A stretch of DNA of 55,540 nt from the NCBI GenBank assembly GCA_038327205.1, contig JBBQKT010000001.1, positions 1-55,540 on the forward strand. The letters are read 5' to 3'. Made by a program: the position numbers and the translations under genes. Numbering within the stretch: position 1 is the stretch's first letter; every line of letters starts with the position of its first letter. Below, piece after piece: positions 20,616-30,271 of the stretch. The stretch comes from Burkholderiales bacterium (GTDB lineage Bacteria > Pseudomonadota > Gammaproteobacteria > Burkholderiales > Burkholderiaceae_C). The notes beneath the pieces are model-generated. The model saw only the letters and a program-made list of their open reading frames with translations. It ran no database searches and was not told the origin of the DNA.

Positions 20616-21152
20616 TCAGCGGTAGACGTTCTGACCCTTATTGCCTTTCCACTGGTCTTCCAGATAAGCCGCGTCTTCGTCATTGCGGGCGTGCACACCC
20701 ATCAAGATGCCGCCGTTCTTGATGCCTTCTTCGTAGTCCTTGACACGCTCTTCGGGCATGTTCCAGCCGATCAAGGCGCCGACCAGACCGCCGCCTGCTG
20801 CACCAGCGCCAGCGCCAGCAATGGCTGCAGCCAGCGGGCCGGCCACGACCAGGCCGAGGCCTGGCAGTACCAGGCTCGTGCCAACGGCAGCGATGGCCGC
20901 GGCGATAGCGCCCAGCGTGCCGCCGATAGCGCCGCCGATGCCGGCGCCTTCAGCGGCCTTGTTGCCCAGTTCGGTCTCGGTACCGGCCGTGGCGAAATGG
21001 CGCTTGCGCGTCTCGTCCGACATGGCGAGGTTGACGTCATCGCTGGCGTAACCGCGGGTGCTGGCGGCGCCGTAAGCGGCCTCGGCACTGGCACGGTCGG
21101 GGAACAGGCCGGTGACGAGAGGGCGGTTGTTTTTGGTGTTGGTGGTGTCCAT
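20616..21152 (-). CDS. glycine-zipper general stress membrane protein
   Basis: GAGIGGAIGGTLG..PGLGLVVAGPLAAAIAGAGAGAAGGGLVGALIG..PEE..YEEG; AAGGAG RBS. Confidence 0.85.
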   Translation of the reverse strand: MDTTNTKNNRPLVTGLFPDRASAEAAYGAASTRGYASDDVNLAMSDETRKRHFATAGTETELGNKAAEGAGIGGAIGGTLGAIAAAIAAVGTSLVLPGLGLVVAGPLAAAIAGAGAGAAGGGLVGALIGWNMPEERVKDYEEGIKNGGILMGVHARNDEDAAYLEDQWKGNKGQNVYR

Positions 21153-21184
21153 GAAGGCTCCTTGGGTGGTGGTGGGTTGCTGAC

Positions 21185-21493
21185 TTACTGACGATCAGGC
21201 TTTGCGGGCCTGTTTGAACGCGATGGAGACATCGCAGACGAGACGGCGCCACTGGCGGCGCTGCCCATTTCTCGCGCCTTGTCAGGCGCGGTCGGCCCTG
21301 TTCGCACGACCGTGGCGGTGTCCGAACGAGGTACGGCTTTTTGACTGGCCGAGGCCGCCACCTGCGGGCTGAGGCCAACGCTGGTGGTGGGCGCAGAGGC
21401 CGCCGAATTCGGGCTGGACTGCGCCATCGTTGCGGCGCTCGCGCAGATCAGCAGGGCACCGACGGCGCTTGCATAAGAGGTGCTCTTGAGCAT
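21185..21493 (-). CDS. secreted Ser/Ala-rich low-complexity protein
   Basis: Sec-type signal (..ASAATMA|Q); GGAAGGGA RBS; C-terminal RPAKPDRQ. Confidence 0.7.
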   Translation of the reverse strand: MLKSTSYASAVGALLICASAATMAQSSPNSAASAPTTSVGLSPQVAASASQKAVPRSDTATVVRTGPTAPDKAREMGSAASGAVSSAMSPSRSNRPAKPDRQ

Positions 21494-21523
21494 TAAATAT
21501 TCCCTTCCTTCAGTGAAAAAATC

Positions 21524-21556
21524 CAAACAAAAACCCCGGTGCTCAGATCACCGGGG
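21524..21556 (-). terminator. intrinsic terminator overlapping katE stop
   Basis: Minus strand CCCCGGTG-ATCTGAG-CACCGGGG followed by TTTTTGTTT. Confidence 0.7.
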
Positions 21557-23945
21557 GATCGACTTCCCGTGCGAAATGGCGGTGCTGAGCGAGCGCCGCA
21601 ATGAAGGCGTTCACGCCCTCGCTCGGGTCTTCCGCCATCAGCACACCGGGATCTGCGGCGCCATCCAGGAGCAGGCCGTCGATGCCTTGCGCCTCGAGCA
21701 GCAGCCGCGCCCCGCCCAGCGCCAGCAAGGTTTTGCAATGCCGGTATTGGTTCTGGATGAACTCGGCTGCCTGCCCGCTGTTGGCCAGCGTTTCAATCGC
21801 GGCTTCGCCGTCGGCCAACACCAGCCCGTCGAATACCACTGCGGGAGAGTTCTCCATAGAGGCGTCCGCTTCCAGGGTCTCTCCGTCCGCCGTGCGCACG
21901 CGCCCGACGCGCAAGGCGACGATGCGAGGCACCGCCCCGGCATGCAGCAGCGCGGCCTGCACCGCCTCAACGCCTGCAGCATCGACCCCGTCGGCAATCA
22001 GGATTGCCACCTTGCGGGTCCGGATGCCGCCTGCGCCGGGACGGGCCAGCAAGGACAGCGCCGCAGACACCTCAAGCTCGGCAACTGGCGGTGTTTCTAT
22101 CGCGCAGGGCAGCGGTGCGGGCACATCCATGCCCAGACCATCGGCGACGCGCTGCGCCAGCTCATCCGAGACATTGGCCAAGCCCGCCAGCATGCGTTCG
22201 CGGATCGCTGGAATGGTCAGCTTGCTAAGCTCGAACCGGAAGCCGCCGACGATGTGCGCTTTTTCAACGTCGCTCTGGCTGTTGTAGAACAGCGTGGCCT
22301 GTTGGTAGTGCTCGGCAAATTTTTCGGGCTTGCCCCGCACCTTGTCTTCGGCCACCGGCTGCGGGAAAGACACGAAGCCCTTGGCCCCGGCCTGGAACGG
22401 GCAACCGCCGCCGATCGAGTTGGGCTCGTACGCCACCCGGCCCCGGTGGATCGCCTGCCGGTGCTGGCCGTCACGCTGGTTGTTGAAAACCGGCTTGACC
22501 GAGGCATTGACCGGGATCTCATGAAAATTCGGGCCGCCCAGGCGGCTGATCTGCGTGTCCACATAAGAGTGGATACGGCCGGCGAGCAGCGGATCGTTGC
22601 TGAAGTCCAGCCCCGGCACGATGTGTGCCGTGCAGAACGCCACCTGCTCGGTTTCGGCAAAAAAGTTGTCGGGGTTCCGATTCAGGACCAGTCTGCCCAC
22701 GGTCTGAAGCGGCACCAACTCTTCAGGGACGAGCTTGGTCGCGTCGAGGATGTCAAAGCTGAAGCCGTCGGCCTGCTCTTCGCTGAAGACCTGTACCTGC
22801 AGTTCCCATTCGGGGTACTCGCCGGCTTCGATGGCCTCCCAGAGGTCGCGACGGTGAAAGTCAGGATCAGCACCAGCGATCTTGGCCGCCTCGTCCCACA
22901 CCAGGGAATGGGTGCCCAGCTTTGGATTCCAGTGGAACTTGACGAACATCGACTCGCCGTCAGCGTTGACGAAGCGAAAGGTGTGCACGCCGAAGCCCTG
23001 CATCATCCGGTAGCTGCGTGGGATGGCGCGGTCGCTCATCACCCAGAGCAGCATGTGTGTGGATTCGGGCGAGAGCGAGACGAAATCCCAAAAGGTGTCG
23101 TGGGCAGACGCCGCCTGCGGCATGCCATGGTGCGGCTCTGGCTTGACGGCGTGAACCAGGTCCGGGAACTTCATCGCGTCCTGGATGAAGAACACCGGGA
23201 TGTTGTTGCCCACCAGATCCCAGTTGCCTTCGTCGGTATAGAACTTGACCGCGAAACCGCGGGCATCCCGCGCGGTATCGACCGAGCCGCGTTCCCCCGC
23301 CACGGTAGAAAACCGGACGAAGGTCGGTGTGATCTTGCCCATTTCGGCAAACGGTGCCGCACGGGTCAGATGCGGGATCGGTGCGGTGCATTCAAAGAAG
23401 CCGTGTGCGCCCGAGCCCCGCGCGTGCACGATGCGCTCGGGAATGCGCTCGTGATCGAAGTGGGTGATCTTCTCGCGCAGGATGAAATCTTCCAGCAGGG
23501 CAGGGCCGCGCAGGCCTGCCTTGAGGGAATTCTGGTTGTCTGCGACGGGCACGCCCTGGTTGGTGGTGAGCATCTGTCCGGTCGCATCGGTACGCACTCG
23601 GTCCAGCGGGCCATTGCCTGGGCTGACACCCTGAGGCGAGATGCCAGCGCCGGTTTTGCCGGAGCCGTTGGTCTCGCTGAGCGTGCTGCCACTGACTTCA
23701 GGCGTCGCTGGTGCTGCGTGCATGCCCTGCGGCGGATTGACGGCGCTCTCGCGGCCGAAGTCGTTCAGCTTCGCGGGGTTGTGCGGCAGGGCAGCGACCA
23801 GCGCCTGGACGTCGCCGGCCTTGCGTGCCAAGGGGTCGGTCGGATCGCTCGCGGGATGCGACACCCCGCTGCTGGTATTGCGCGCAGTCGCCTTCGCGGC
23901 AACCTTCTTGGCCGGCGCTGGGGCGGGCGCGTTTGACTTGGGCAT
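21543..23945 (-). CDS. katE: large-subunit catalase HPII
   Basis: [38 protein letters not shown]; C-terminal DJ-1/PfpI-like domain; GAGGAG RBS. Confidence 0.97.
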   Translation of the reverse strand: MPKSNAPAPAPAKKVAAKATARNTSSGVSHPASDPTDPLARKAGDVQALVAALPHNPAKLNDFGRESAVNPPQGMHAAPATPEVSGSTLSETNGSGKTGAGISPQGVSPGNGPLDRVRTDATGQMLTTNQGVPVADNQNSLKAGLRGPALLEDFILREKITHFDHERIPERIVHARGSGAHGFFECTAPIPHLTRAAPFAEMGKITPTFVRFSTVAGERGSVDTARDARGFAVKFYTDEGNWDLVGNNIPVFFIQDAMKFPDLVHAVKPEPHHGMPQAASAHDTFWDFVSLSPESTHMLLWVMSDRAIPRSYRMMQGFGVHTFRFVNADGESMFVKFHWNPKLGTHSLVWDEAAKIAGADPDFHRRDLWEAIEAGEYPEWELQVQVFSEEQADGFSFDILDATKLVPEELVPLQTVGRLVLNRNPDNFFAETEQVAFCTAHIVPGLDFSNDPLLAGRIHSYVDTQISRLGGPNFHEIPVNASVKPVFNNQRDGQHRQAIHRGRVAYEPNSIGGGCPFQAGAKGFVSFPQPVAEDKVRGKPEKFAEHYQQATLFYNSQSDVEKAHIVGGFRFELSKLTIPAIRERMLAGLANVSDELAQRVADGLGMDVPAPLPCAIETPPVAELEVSAALSLLARPGAGGIRTRKVAILIADGVDAAGVEAVQAALLHAGAVPRIVALRVGRVRTADGETLEADASMENSPAVVFDGLVLADGEAAIETLANSGQAAEFIQNQYRHCKTLLALGGARLLLEAQGIDGLLLDGAADPGVLMAEDPSEGVNAFIAALAQHRHFAREVDPPVI

Positions 23946-23981
23946 GGTGCAGACTCCTCATTGGGTGGACTGCACCAAGGT

Positions 23982-23997
23982 GGCAATCGGTGTGCCA
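23982..23997 (-). promoter_or_regulatory. sigma-54 -24/-12 promoter of katE
   Basis: Minus strand TGGCACA-CCGA-TTGCC, 36 nt before ATG. Confidence 0.8.
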
Positions 23998-24330
23998 CGG
24001 CAATCGGCGGCGGGCACGACCTGCAAGAACGTCTGGGGGGTGCTGTGCCGGGGCCGTCGGGCCGTCCAGCCAACACTTGCGAAGCACTTGTGGCGCCGCG
24101 AGGCGGCAAGTTTTACCGGACGGGCGCAACAGGCGCCTGCTGTGCGTCTTGCTCACCCAGGATCACGCCCAGCAGAGGGGTCATCTTGAAACCAAGCTGA
24201 GCATGGGGACGTCAGCGCGAAGTTCGATGACAGGGCAGCGATGTACTGACCGTCTTACTCCCCTCATGCCGCGATGTTTCAAGCCTGATGAAAATGGCAA
24301 TGCAACGTCAATGAACTGCGGCATATGCAC

Positions 24331-24346
24331 GGGCATGCGCATTGCT
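24331..24346 (+). promoter_or_regulatory. sigma-54 -24/-12 promoter
   Basis: GGGCATG-CGCA-TTGCT upstream of ATG 24389. Confidence 0.7.
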
Positions 24347-24388
24347 CGCGTGAATGTTTTCAGAAGCGGTTTTCAGGAGCGCATCACC

Positions 24389-24742
24389 ATGAGCAAGGAC
24401 ATCAACAGAGACGGCGAATACCGGGGCGTGCGGTTCAGGCTTGAGGCGCAGGCGGTGGCACAGGCGGTGGCACAGGGTCTGCCTTCTGGCGAGACCTTCA
24501 TTGGTCACTACGCGCTGTTGGTCCCACCCTCGCTCAGCGACGACTCCGGCTCGGTCTTGCCGCTACAGGGTGTTGATGACCTCGCTCATCCGTCGATAGA
24601 CAGGGCCTGGTCGACAGAGAACGAAGCACTCAACTACGCCACTGAAGCGGCTCACAGCGCCATCGAGTTGTTGCTTGACGGCCGCACTCAAGGGCAAGGG
24701 AGTCACAGCGTCGCTTCACAGCGTCGCCTGGCCGGCGAATAG
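24389..24742 (+). CDS. hypothetical protein
   Basis: AGGAG RBS before ATG 24389 (MSKDINRDGEYRG...); contains a 12-nt tandem duplication (AQAV)x2. Confidence 0.65.
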   Translation: MSKDINRDGEYRGVRFRLEAQAVAQAVAQGLPSGETFIGHYALLVPPSLSDDSGSVLPLQGVDDLAHPSIDRAWSTENEALNYATEAAHSAIELLLDGRTQGQGSHSVASQRRLAGE

Positions 24743-24772
24743 GTGCTGGGACAGAAAAGGGATAACGCAAGC

Positions 24773-24802
24773 GGCCACCGGGAATTTGTCACCCTGGTGG
24801 CC
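24773..24802. terminator. hairpin between convergent genes
   Basis: GGCCACCGGG...CCCTGGTGGCC. Confidence 0.5.
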
Positions 24803-24812
24803 TGAGGTGGTT

Positions 24813-25391
24813 TCAGGCAGCAGCCTTCTTGCTGGCCTTGGCCTTGGCCGTGGCACGGGACGGGGCATCGATGGGCAATGCATGCTCTTTCATCAAGGCC
24901 AGTTTGCGTTGGGACAAGGCTTCGCCGAGGGCAACCAGATCCAGGTCCGTCTTTTTCAGCTTGGCGAACATCTCGCCCTCCTCTTCCTTGACGTGATGGT
25001 TGATGTATTCGCCGAGCACCTTGACCCGGGCGTCGTAATGCGGATCGTTGGAAGACGAACTGTTGATCTCGGCTATCAGCTGTTTGGCGCTGGCGTGCTC
25101 CACATCGGCTTCATCGACCAAGTCGGCATCCTCGCCCAAAGCTGCGCGCGCAGGGGGGTAGAAGAGTTCTTCTTCGATGGTGGCGTGGACGGTCAACATG
25201 GCACAGATGCGCTGCGCCAATTGCTGCCGCCGGTTCGCCGCGGCGTCTGCTTCGACCAGGACTTGGTAGTCTTTGAACAGGGCTTTGACGGCTTTGTGGT
25301 CCGCCTTGAGCAGGGACACGGCGTCACGACTTGCGCTTCGGCGCGCAGGGGCGCTGGATTTTTTTGTTGCTGTTTTTTGGGTTGCTGGCAT
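24813..25391 (-). CDS. hemerythrin (HHE) domain protein
   Basis: DH..HATIEEELFYP..EH..HHVKEEE; GGAGG RBS before ATG 25391. Confidence 0.9.
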   Translation of the reverse strand: MPATQKTATKKSSAPARRSASRDAVSLLKADHKAVKALFKDYQVLVEADAAANRRQQLAQRICAMLTVHATIEEELFYPPARAALGEDADLVDEADVEHASAKQLIAEINSSSSNDPHYDARVKVLGEYINHHVKEEEGEMFAKLKKTDLDLVALGEALSQRKLALMKEHALPIDAPSRATAKAKASKKAAA

Positions 25392-25439
25392 GGATGCCTC
25401 CGGTAGCTGAGGGGCCGGACTTGCCGGTGATCCAACGGT

Positions 25440-25455
25440 GGCAATCAACATGCCT
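25440..25455 (-). promoter_or_regulatory. sigma-54 -24/-12 promoter of the hemerythrin gene
   Basis: Minus strand AGGCATG-TTGA-TTGCC. Confidence 0.7.
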
Positions 25456-25466
25456 GGCGCCGTTGT

Positions 25467-25904
25467 TCACTCCCCGGTCTGACCACTTTGGGCCATCTCC
25501 AGCAAGTCCTGTATCACCCGCACGACTTCATCGATGCGCACAGGCTTTAGGAGATGCCGGTCGAAGTTGGCTTCACTCGCGCGATGGGCATATTGCTCGG
25601 GCCCGAAGCCCGTCAACGCGATGGCGGCCATGCTGCCATTACGCCCGCTGTGCCGGAGCTTGTTGATGAGTTGGTAGCCGTCCATCACCGGCATGCCGAT
25701 ATCGCACAGCAGGACGTCGAAGTGATGGGCGGCAGCCAGAGTCAGTGCCTGCTGCCCGCTGGCGGCGGTCAACACCGTCGCGCCCTCCAGCTCCAGCAGC
25801 ACCGAGAAGATGTCCAGGGTGTCGACTTGATCGTCCACCAATAACAAACGCAGGCCAGCAAGCGGAAGGTTCGTCACGGAACGCTTAGCGGGAGGGTAGT
25901 CCAC
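25467..25904 (-). CDS. stand-alone response regulator receiver
   Basis: LLVDDQ..LCDIGMP..ALTG..LLKPV. Confidence 0.9.
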   Translation of the reverse strand: MDYPPAKRSVTNLPLAGLRLLLVDDQVDTLDIFSVLLELEGATVLTAASGQQALTLAAAHHFDVLLCDIGMPVMDGYQLINKLRHSGRNGSMAAIALTGFGPEQYAHRASEANFDRHLLKPVRIDEVVRVIQDLLEMAQSGQTGE

Positions 25905-25954
25905 GTCGATCGTGAGTCAAAGGCATCTATCGGAAGACCTGGGCTTTAGTGGAA

Positions 25955-25982
25955 CTGCCCCTGCATTAGATGGCAGGGGCAG
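25955..25982 (-). terminator. 10-bp hairpin after the 24-aa ORF
   Basis: CTGCCCCTGC-N8-GCAGGGGCAG. Confidence 0.6.
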
Positions 25983-25998
25983 CGACATCAGCCTAATG

Positions 25999-26073
25999 TC
26001 AATGAACGAACAGAGCAATCAAAATGATGATCGGGATGGGAATGCCGAGAAAAAGCAAAAGCAGTGATCGCAT
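25999..26073 (-). CDS. 24-aa single-TM small protein, not in ORF track
   Basis: MRSLLLLFLGIPIPIIILIALFVH*; AGGAG RBS 5 nt before ATG; followed by hairpin. Confidence 0.75.
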   Translation of the reverse strand: MRSLLLLFLGIPIPIIILIALFVH

Positions 26074-26118
26074 GAAAACTCCTAACTGGGTGAATGAATG
26101 GATGAATGGATGGATGAA

Positions 26119-27162
26119 TCAGAGGTCGCGTTGACGACCGCCGTACACGGCGGCCAGGCTCGCTACGAAGGCCCCGATCAACAGCGACACAAACAACCAC
26201 AGTGCGGTGTATGACGATGCCTTGCGCGCCTTGTCTGCCGCGTCGCGGGCCGCAACCTCGGCTTCTTTCAACGTGGCCTGGACTTTTCCAAACACCTCAG
26301 TGACACGCTTTTCAGCCTCCGCCTGTGACAAGCCGGTGCGCTGCGCCACCAACTGCCCAACATAGCGGCTGTCTTCCGGGGTCAAAGCGCCAGCTCGCAG
26401 ATCATTGATGAAAATGCGCGCCACTTCGCCACTGCCATTCGCCGAAGTCGTTGCCGAACCCGCCGACGATGATGAAGAACCCGAGGTGGGTGATGCGGCT
26501 GAAGGCGCACTGGCAACCTGTCCGGGCTGGGCCGATGGGGCAGCTGTTCGGAACAGCGAATCGATGCCGTAGTTCAAGCTCAGCTGGCCAAGTTCTGAAG
26601 CTGTATTTCCTTCACTGCCTGAAGTCGCGCCCGCCGCACCACTGGCTCCAAAGGCGGCAAGGCCACCTACCGCCGTCGAGGCGGCACCCCCGGCTACAGC
26701 GGCGCCCGCCTTCGCACCGGTGCCAAGAATTGACCCGATCGCTGACGTCAACACCGCCGCGGTGACCAGCGTGGCCACCGCCCAGGCCAGGAAACCGTGC
26801 GCCGTGTCCCGAAAGTAGACCTCGTCGGTGTGCACAGCGGCCCACTTGGTCCTGAGCCTACCCGCGAGGTAGCCGCCCATGCCGGATGCCGCCACTTGGG
26901 TGAGAGTGATCCAGATGATGGTGGAAACGCCGATGGTGGTGGCACTCGCCCCCGACCCCGCCCAGGGCGAGATCGATGACAGCCCCAGGCCAGTTCCAAG
27001 GATGAGCAGGATCATCGAAAGCGCTGCCGCGCCGGCAGCACCGGCGACGATGGCCCCCCAAGAAACGGCAGAGGCCGTTGCGCCGGGCACGTCGCCGTCG
27101 TTTGATACGACAGCGCGGCTTGCGAAGGCGGTGCCTGGAGCCATTGGACTGTTTGTGTTCAT
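26119..27162 (-). CDS. conserved Gly/Ala-rich multi-TM protein of unknown function
   Basis: SAVSWGAIVAG, GGYLAGRLR, FRDTAHGFLAWA motifs; AAGGAA RBS. Confidence 0.85.
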   Translation of the reverse strand: MNTNSPMAPGTAFASRAVVSNDGDVPGATASAVSWGAIVAGAAGAAALSMILLILGTGLGLSSISPWAGSGASATTIGVSTIIWITLTQVAASGMGGYLAGRLRTKWAAVHTDEVYFRDTAHGFLAWAVATLVTAAVLTSAIGSILGTGAKAGAAVAGGAASTAVGGLAAFGASGAAGATSGSEGNTASELGQLSLNYGIDSLFRTAAPSAQPGQVASAPSAASPTSGSSSSSAGSATTSANGSGEVARIFINDLRAGALTPEDSRYVGQLVAQRTGLSQAEAEKRVTEVFGKVQATLKEAEVAARDAADKARKASSYTALWLFVSLLIGAFVASLAAVYGGRQRDL

Positions 27163-27241
27163 GTTGTTTTCCTTTTCAGTGAGTGTTGTTCATTCGCGGG
27201 AAGCGCCAAAGAATGTCCCGGCCCTGTTGACAACACGACTG

Positions 27242-27257
27242 GGCAAACCGCGTGCCC
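27242..27257 (-). promoter_or_regulatory. sigma-54 -24/-12 promoter
   Basis: Minus strand GGGCACG-CGGT-TTGCC. Confidence 0.7.
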
Positions 27258-27269
27258 AGGGGAGGGCGG

Positions 27270-27863
27270 TCACGCTGCAGATTCGCGCTCAGCCACCGAA
27301 CGGGGATCGGCCGACCACACGTCGATGACGAAATCTGCTTCGACGTGATGAGCAAGAACCGGCAGGCGGAGCCGCGCACCGAGGATCTGATGAACGACAT
27401 CGCCGGCGTGTTCACAGCCTTCAATCGGCGCTCGCCAATGGCAGGCCAGGATGACCCCCCAAGGCGTCAACGATTGCAATGCCTTGTCCGCCAAGCTCAA
27501 TAACAACGGTCTTGAGAGGTAGTAGCCCAGCTCGCTCACCACCACCAGGTCAAACTCGCCTTCGGGCCACTCCAGCGGCGTTGCCAGCTGCCGCACATCG
27601 ACCTGGGGCAGCGAAGCAAGGCGCCGCCGAGCCAGCGCAACCGCAGCCGCTGCGGCGTCGGACACGCTGAGCCTGTCGCAGCGGGAGGCCAGCGCGGCCG
27701 ACAGTTCACCGTTGGCGCAACCGGGTTCGTAGGCACGGGCGTAGCGGCGCGAGGGCAGGCTCGCCAGCGTGAGCTGGCGCTTTCGCGCTTCATACCAACG
27801 TGTGCGAAAGGCCCAGGGGTCATCGCTGGCCTCAAACATCTGCTCGAACACCTTGTTTTCCAT
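27270..27863 (-). CDS. NodS-like SAM-dependent methyltransferase
   Basis: DDPW.F.TRWYEARKR, EPGCANG, FDLVVVSELGYYL, ACHWR. Confidence 0.88.
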   Translation of the reverse strand: MENKVFEQMFEASDDPWAFRTRWYEARKRQLTLASLPSRRYARAYEPGCANGELSAALASRCDRLSVSDAAAAAVALARRRLASLPQVDVRQLATPLEWPEGEFDLVVVSELGYYLSRPLLLSLADKALQSLTPWGVILACHWRAPIEGCEHAGDVVHQILGARLRLPVLAHHVEADFVIDVWSADPRSVAERESAA

Positions 27864-27871
27864 TTTGGCGC

Positions 27872-28927
27872 TCAGGCTTGAAGCTGCCAGGCCGGTGCGG
27901 CCTCGGCAGACAAACGCTCACCGAGCAGCTGGAAATCTCGCTCGGCAAGGCTCTGCCGCGTGTACACGGCCAGGTCGGCAGCCATCCGGGCGAAGCGGCG
28001 ATTGCGGCAGAACGGCGTCGCGCCCAGGGCACGCCCCACTTCATCCATCACGAGGCGGGCGCAGTTGTCCGCACTCTGGCGCGCCCGCAGGGCAGGGATG
28101 AACGCATCCGCATGGGGCGCGCTGTCGATCCACGCCGCTGTCTCACGCAGCAGCGCTGCCGTCTGGTTAAGCGCCATATCGACCTTACCCAAGGCTGCAG
28201 CGCGGAACGCAACTTTGCCGAGATCCGGCGAGCCCGCCACTGCCCGGTGCAGCTCCGAAGCAAGCGCGACGGCCCCCCCGAACCAACAGGCCGCGATGCC
28301 GGCGCCGCCATGCATGAAGCCGGGGCGGGCTGTGTAGTCGCCCTCGCCGCCAAGCGTTTCCCCGTGTGCGTCTTCAAAGCTGACATCCATGCTGCCGCTG
28401 TCTGCCATCCCGATGGCCTGCCAGGCTGAAGCATCGACCGACACGCCGGGCTGCCGCAGGTCGGTCGTCACCAAATAGGGTCCGCGACCATCGGCCAGCC
28501 AGGTCGTCACCAGCGCATGCGTCACACTGCGCGCGCCGGAGCACCAGTGCTTCACCCCGTTCAAACGCACGGCTAGGCGATCACGCCCTGGCCCCGGCGC
28601 TGACAGCATCACCCGCCCCCCCGGTGACTCTGCGGCCCACACCCCCCACACGTTCAATGTTTCGGTCAGTTCATCCGCTTGCCCGCTGCCCAGCTCATGG
28701 AGGATGGCCAGCGCGTCGGTATGGCCTTCGAACAGTTTGACCAGGGACAGGTCGTGCGATGCCACCTCGCAAAGTATTTGCCAGCGTTCAAGCGTTCGCC
28801 CCAGCGCCGGCAAGGGCAGGACGATGGCTGGGTTGTCGACCAGGCTTCGGAACTGCTCATGCAGCGGCGAGTTCGGGTCCAGTGCAGCCAGGACACGGCG
28901 CACCGTGGCAAGCGGCCCCTTGCTCAT
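27872..28927 (-). CDS. acyl-CoA dehydrogenase-like flavoprotein
   Basis: KLFEGHTDALAIL, GVWAAE, LNGVKHWCSGA, DLAVYTRQS. Confidence 0.85.
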   Translation of the reverse strand: MSKGPLATVRRVLAALDPNSPLHEQFRSLVDNPAIVLPLPALGRTLERWQILCEVASHDLSLVKLFEGHTDALAILHELGSGQADELTETLNVWGVWAAESPGGRVMLSAPGPGRDRLAVRLNGVKHWCSGARSVTHALVTTWLADGRGPYLVTTDLRQPGVSVDASAWQAIGMADSGSMDVSFEDAHGETLGGEGDYTARPGFMHGGAGIAACWFGGAVALASELHRAVAGSPDLGKVAFRAAALGKVDMALNQTAALLRETAAWIDSAPHADAFIPALRARQSADNCARLVMDEVGRALGATPFCRNRRFARMAADLAVYTRQSLAERDFQLLGERLSAEAAPAWQLQA

Positions 28928-30153
28928 GACGACGCCGAAGATGTCGTGTCCGTTGCCGATGCCGTTGCCGATGCGGGTGCCGTCCCTGCCTGCTGGCGCG
29001 GCGAACCGAACAGGGGCAAACGTACGGCGAACATGCTGCCCAACCCGACGCCGGCGCTGCGTGCCTCGGCACTCCCACCGTGGCGCCGCGCGAGGTCTTG
29101 AACCACGGCGAGTCCGACGCCCATGCCGGGGATGGGCCCGCTCCGCTCTTCGCGGGTGAAAAGCTCAAAGATGAGCGGGATGATGGCGGGCGAGATGCCG
29201 CGCCCGTCATCCTCGACGCGAATCACTGCCATCTCCTCCTCGACGGTCACGCTCAAGGTGATGTGCCCGCCCGGCGGCGTGAACTTGATGGCGTTGGAAA
29301 TCAGGTTGAGCAGCATCTGCTGCAGCCGCAGCGGATCGGCGCTGATCCAGATGGTCTGCAGGGGCAGCACCACCAGCAAGGACAGGCCGTTGCCCTCGGC
29401 AGTGCTCATCAGCCCGTCGGCCGATTCGCGCAGCGCCTCGTTGATGCTCACCCTCTCCATCGCAATCAGGTGATGGGCTCTGAGCGCCCGTGCACCGTCG
29501 TTCAAGTCATCGACCAGACCCTTCAGCAGGCGCACTTGCCGGTCGATGATTTCGCAGGCACGGGTTCGCATCGCCGCGTCGTCCGACTTCTTAAGCAGGG
29601 CAACCGCCGAGATGATCGGCACCATCGGATTGAGCAGTTCATGGGCCACCGAGGTGGCCACCCGGTCACGACGCTCGATGTCGGCGGTGCGAGCCCAAAG
29701 TTGGTTCTCCAGGGCAAGGATATGGGTCAGCACATCGGTGCGGTCACGAACGATCTTGCAGAAGGCGATCAGCTCGCCGTCCGCCTGCCCACCGTCGCCT
29801 CGCTGGCGCACCGCGGTCAACACGCCGCTGGCCCAGAACCGGCTCAGGTTCTTGCGAACGTGCCATCGATCATCTTCCGAACGCCCACTGGATCGGGCGA
29901 TGGCCAGTTCCTGCTCATGCATGCCGAGCTTCACGTCTTCCTCGGTGAAGAGGGCCGAGAAGGGCATGCCCAGCGCTTCCTGCTTGGTATGACCGAAAAG
30001 CCGCTCGGCGCCGCCCAGCCAATCGGCCACGGTGCCATTTGGGTTCAAGAAAATAATGGCCACATCCATCTTGCCGTGCAGCAAGGCGGTCAACCATTCG
30101 CGCGTCTGCTCACTCAGCGTCGGCGGTGTTTCAAAAGGGTGGTGATCGTTCAT
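28924..30153 (-). CDS. cytoplasmic PAS sensor histidine kinase
   Basis: PAS (GAERLFG..RWHVRKNLSRFWASG), VAHELLNPM, NLISNAIKFT, GMGVGL; stop overlaps next ATG. Confidence 0.9.
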   Translation of the reverse strand: MNDHHPFETPPTLSEQTREWLTALLHGKMDVAIIFLNPNGTVADWLGGAERLFGHTKQEALGMPFSALFTEEDVKLGMHEQELAIARSSGRSEDDRWHVRKNLSRFWASGVLTAVRQRGDGGQADGELIAFCKIVRDRTDVLTHILALENQLWARTADIERRDRVATSVAHELLNPMVPIISAVALLKKSDDAAMRTRACEIIDRQVRLLKGLVDDLNDGARALRAHHLIAMERVSINEALRESADGLMSTAEGNGLSLLVVLPLQTIWISADPLRLQQMLLNLISNAIKFTPPGGHITLSVTVEEEMAVIRVEDDGRGISPAIIPLIFELFTREERSGPIPGMGVGLAVVQDLARRHGGSAEARSAGVGLGSMFAVRLPLFGSPRQQAGTAPASATASATDTTSSASS

Positions 30154-30165
30154 GGTCTTTGCAAT

Positions 30166-30181
30166 GGCAATCGGTGGACCT
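30166..30181 (-). promoter_or_regulatory. weaker candidate sigma-54 promoter for the PAS kinase
   Basis: Minus strand AGGTCCA-CCGA-TTGCC (GG-N10-GC; -24 element divergent). Confidence 0.4.
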
Positions 30182-30271
30182 GAACGGCTGACCAGCACCC
30201 AACGCCGCACGCCGAAGGACTTGTTCGATTGGTATCGCCGGGTGATGGCGGGCGAAGCCCGGCTCTGAGCA

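Noticed and set aside
21480-23936. 818-aa + strand ORF
   Set aside because: Antisense shadow of katE caused by high-GC codon bias; no recognisable motifs
23825-24388. Long N-terminal extension of the 305-aa track ORF
   Set aside because: Overlaps katE and its promoter; the RBS and sigma-54 site point to ATG 24389
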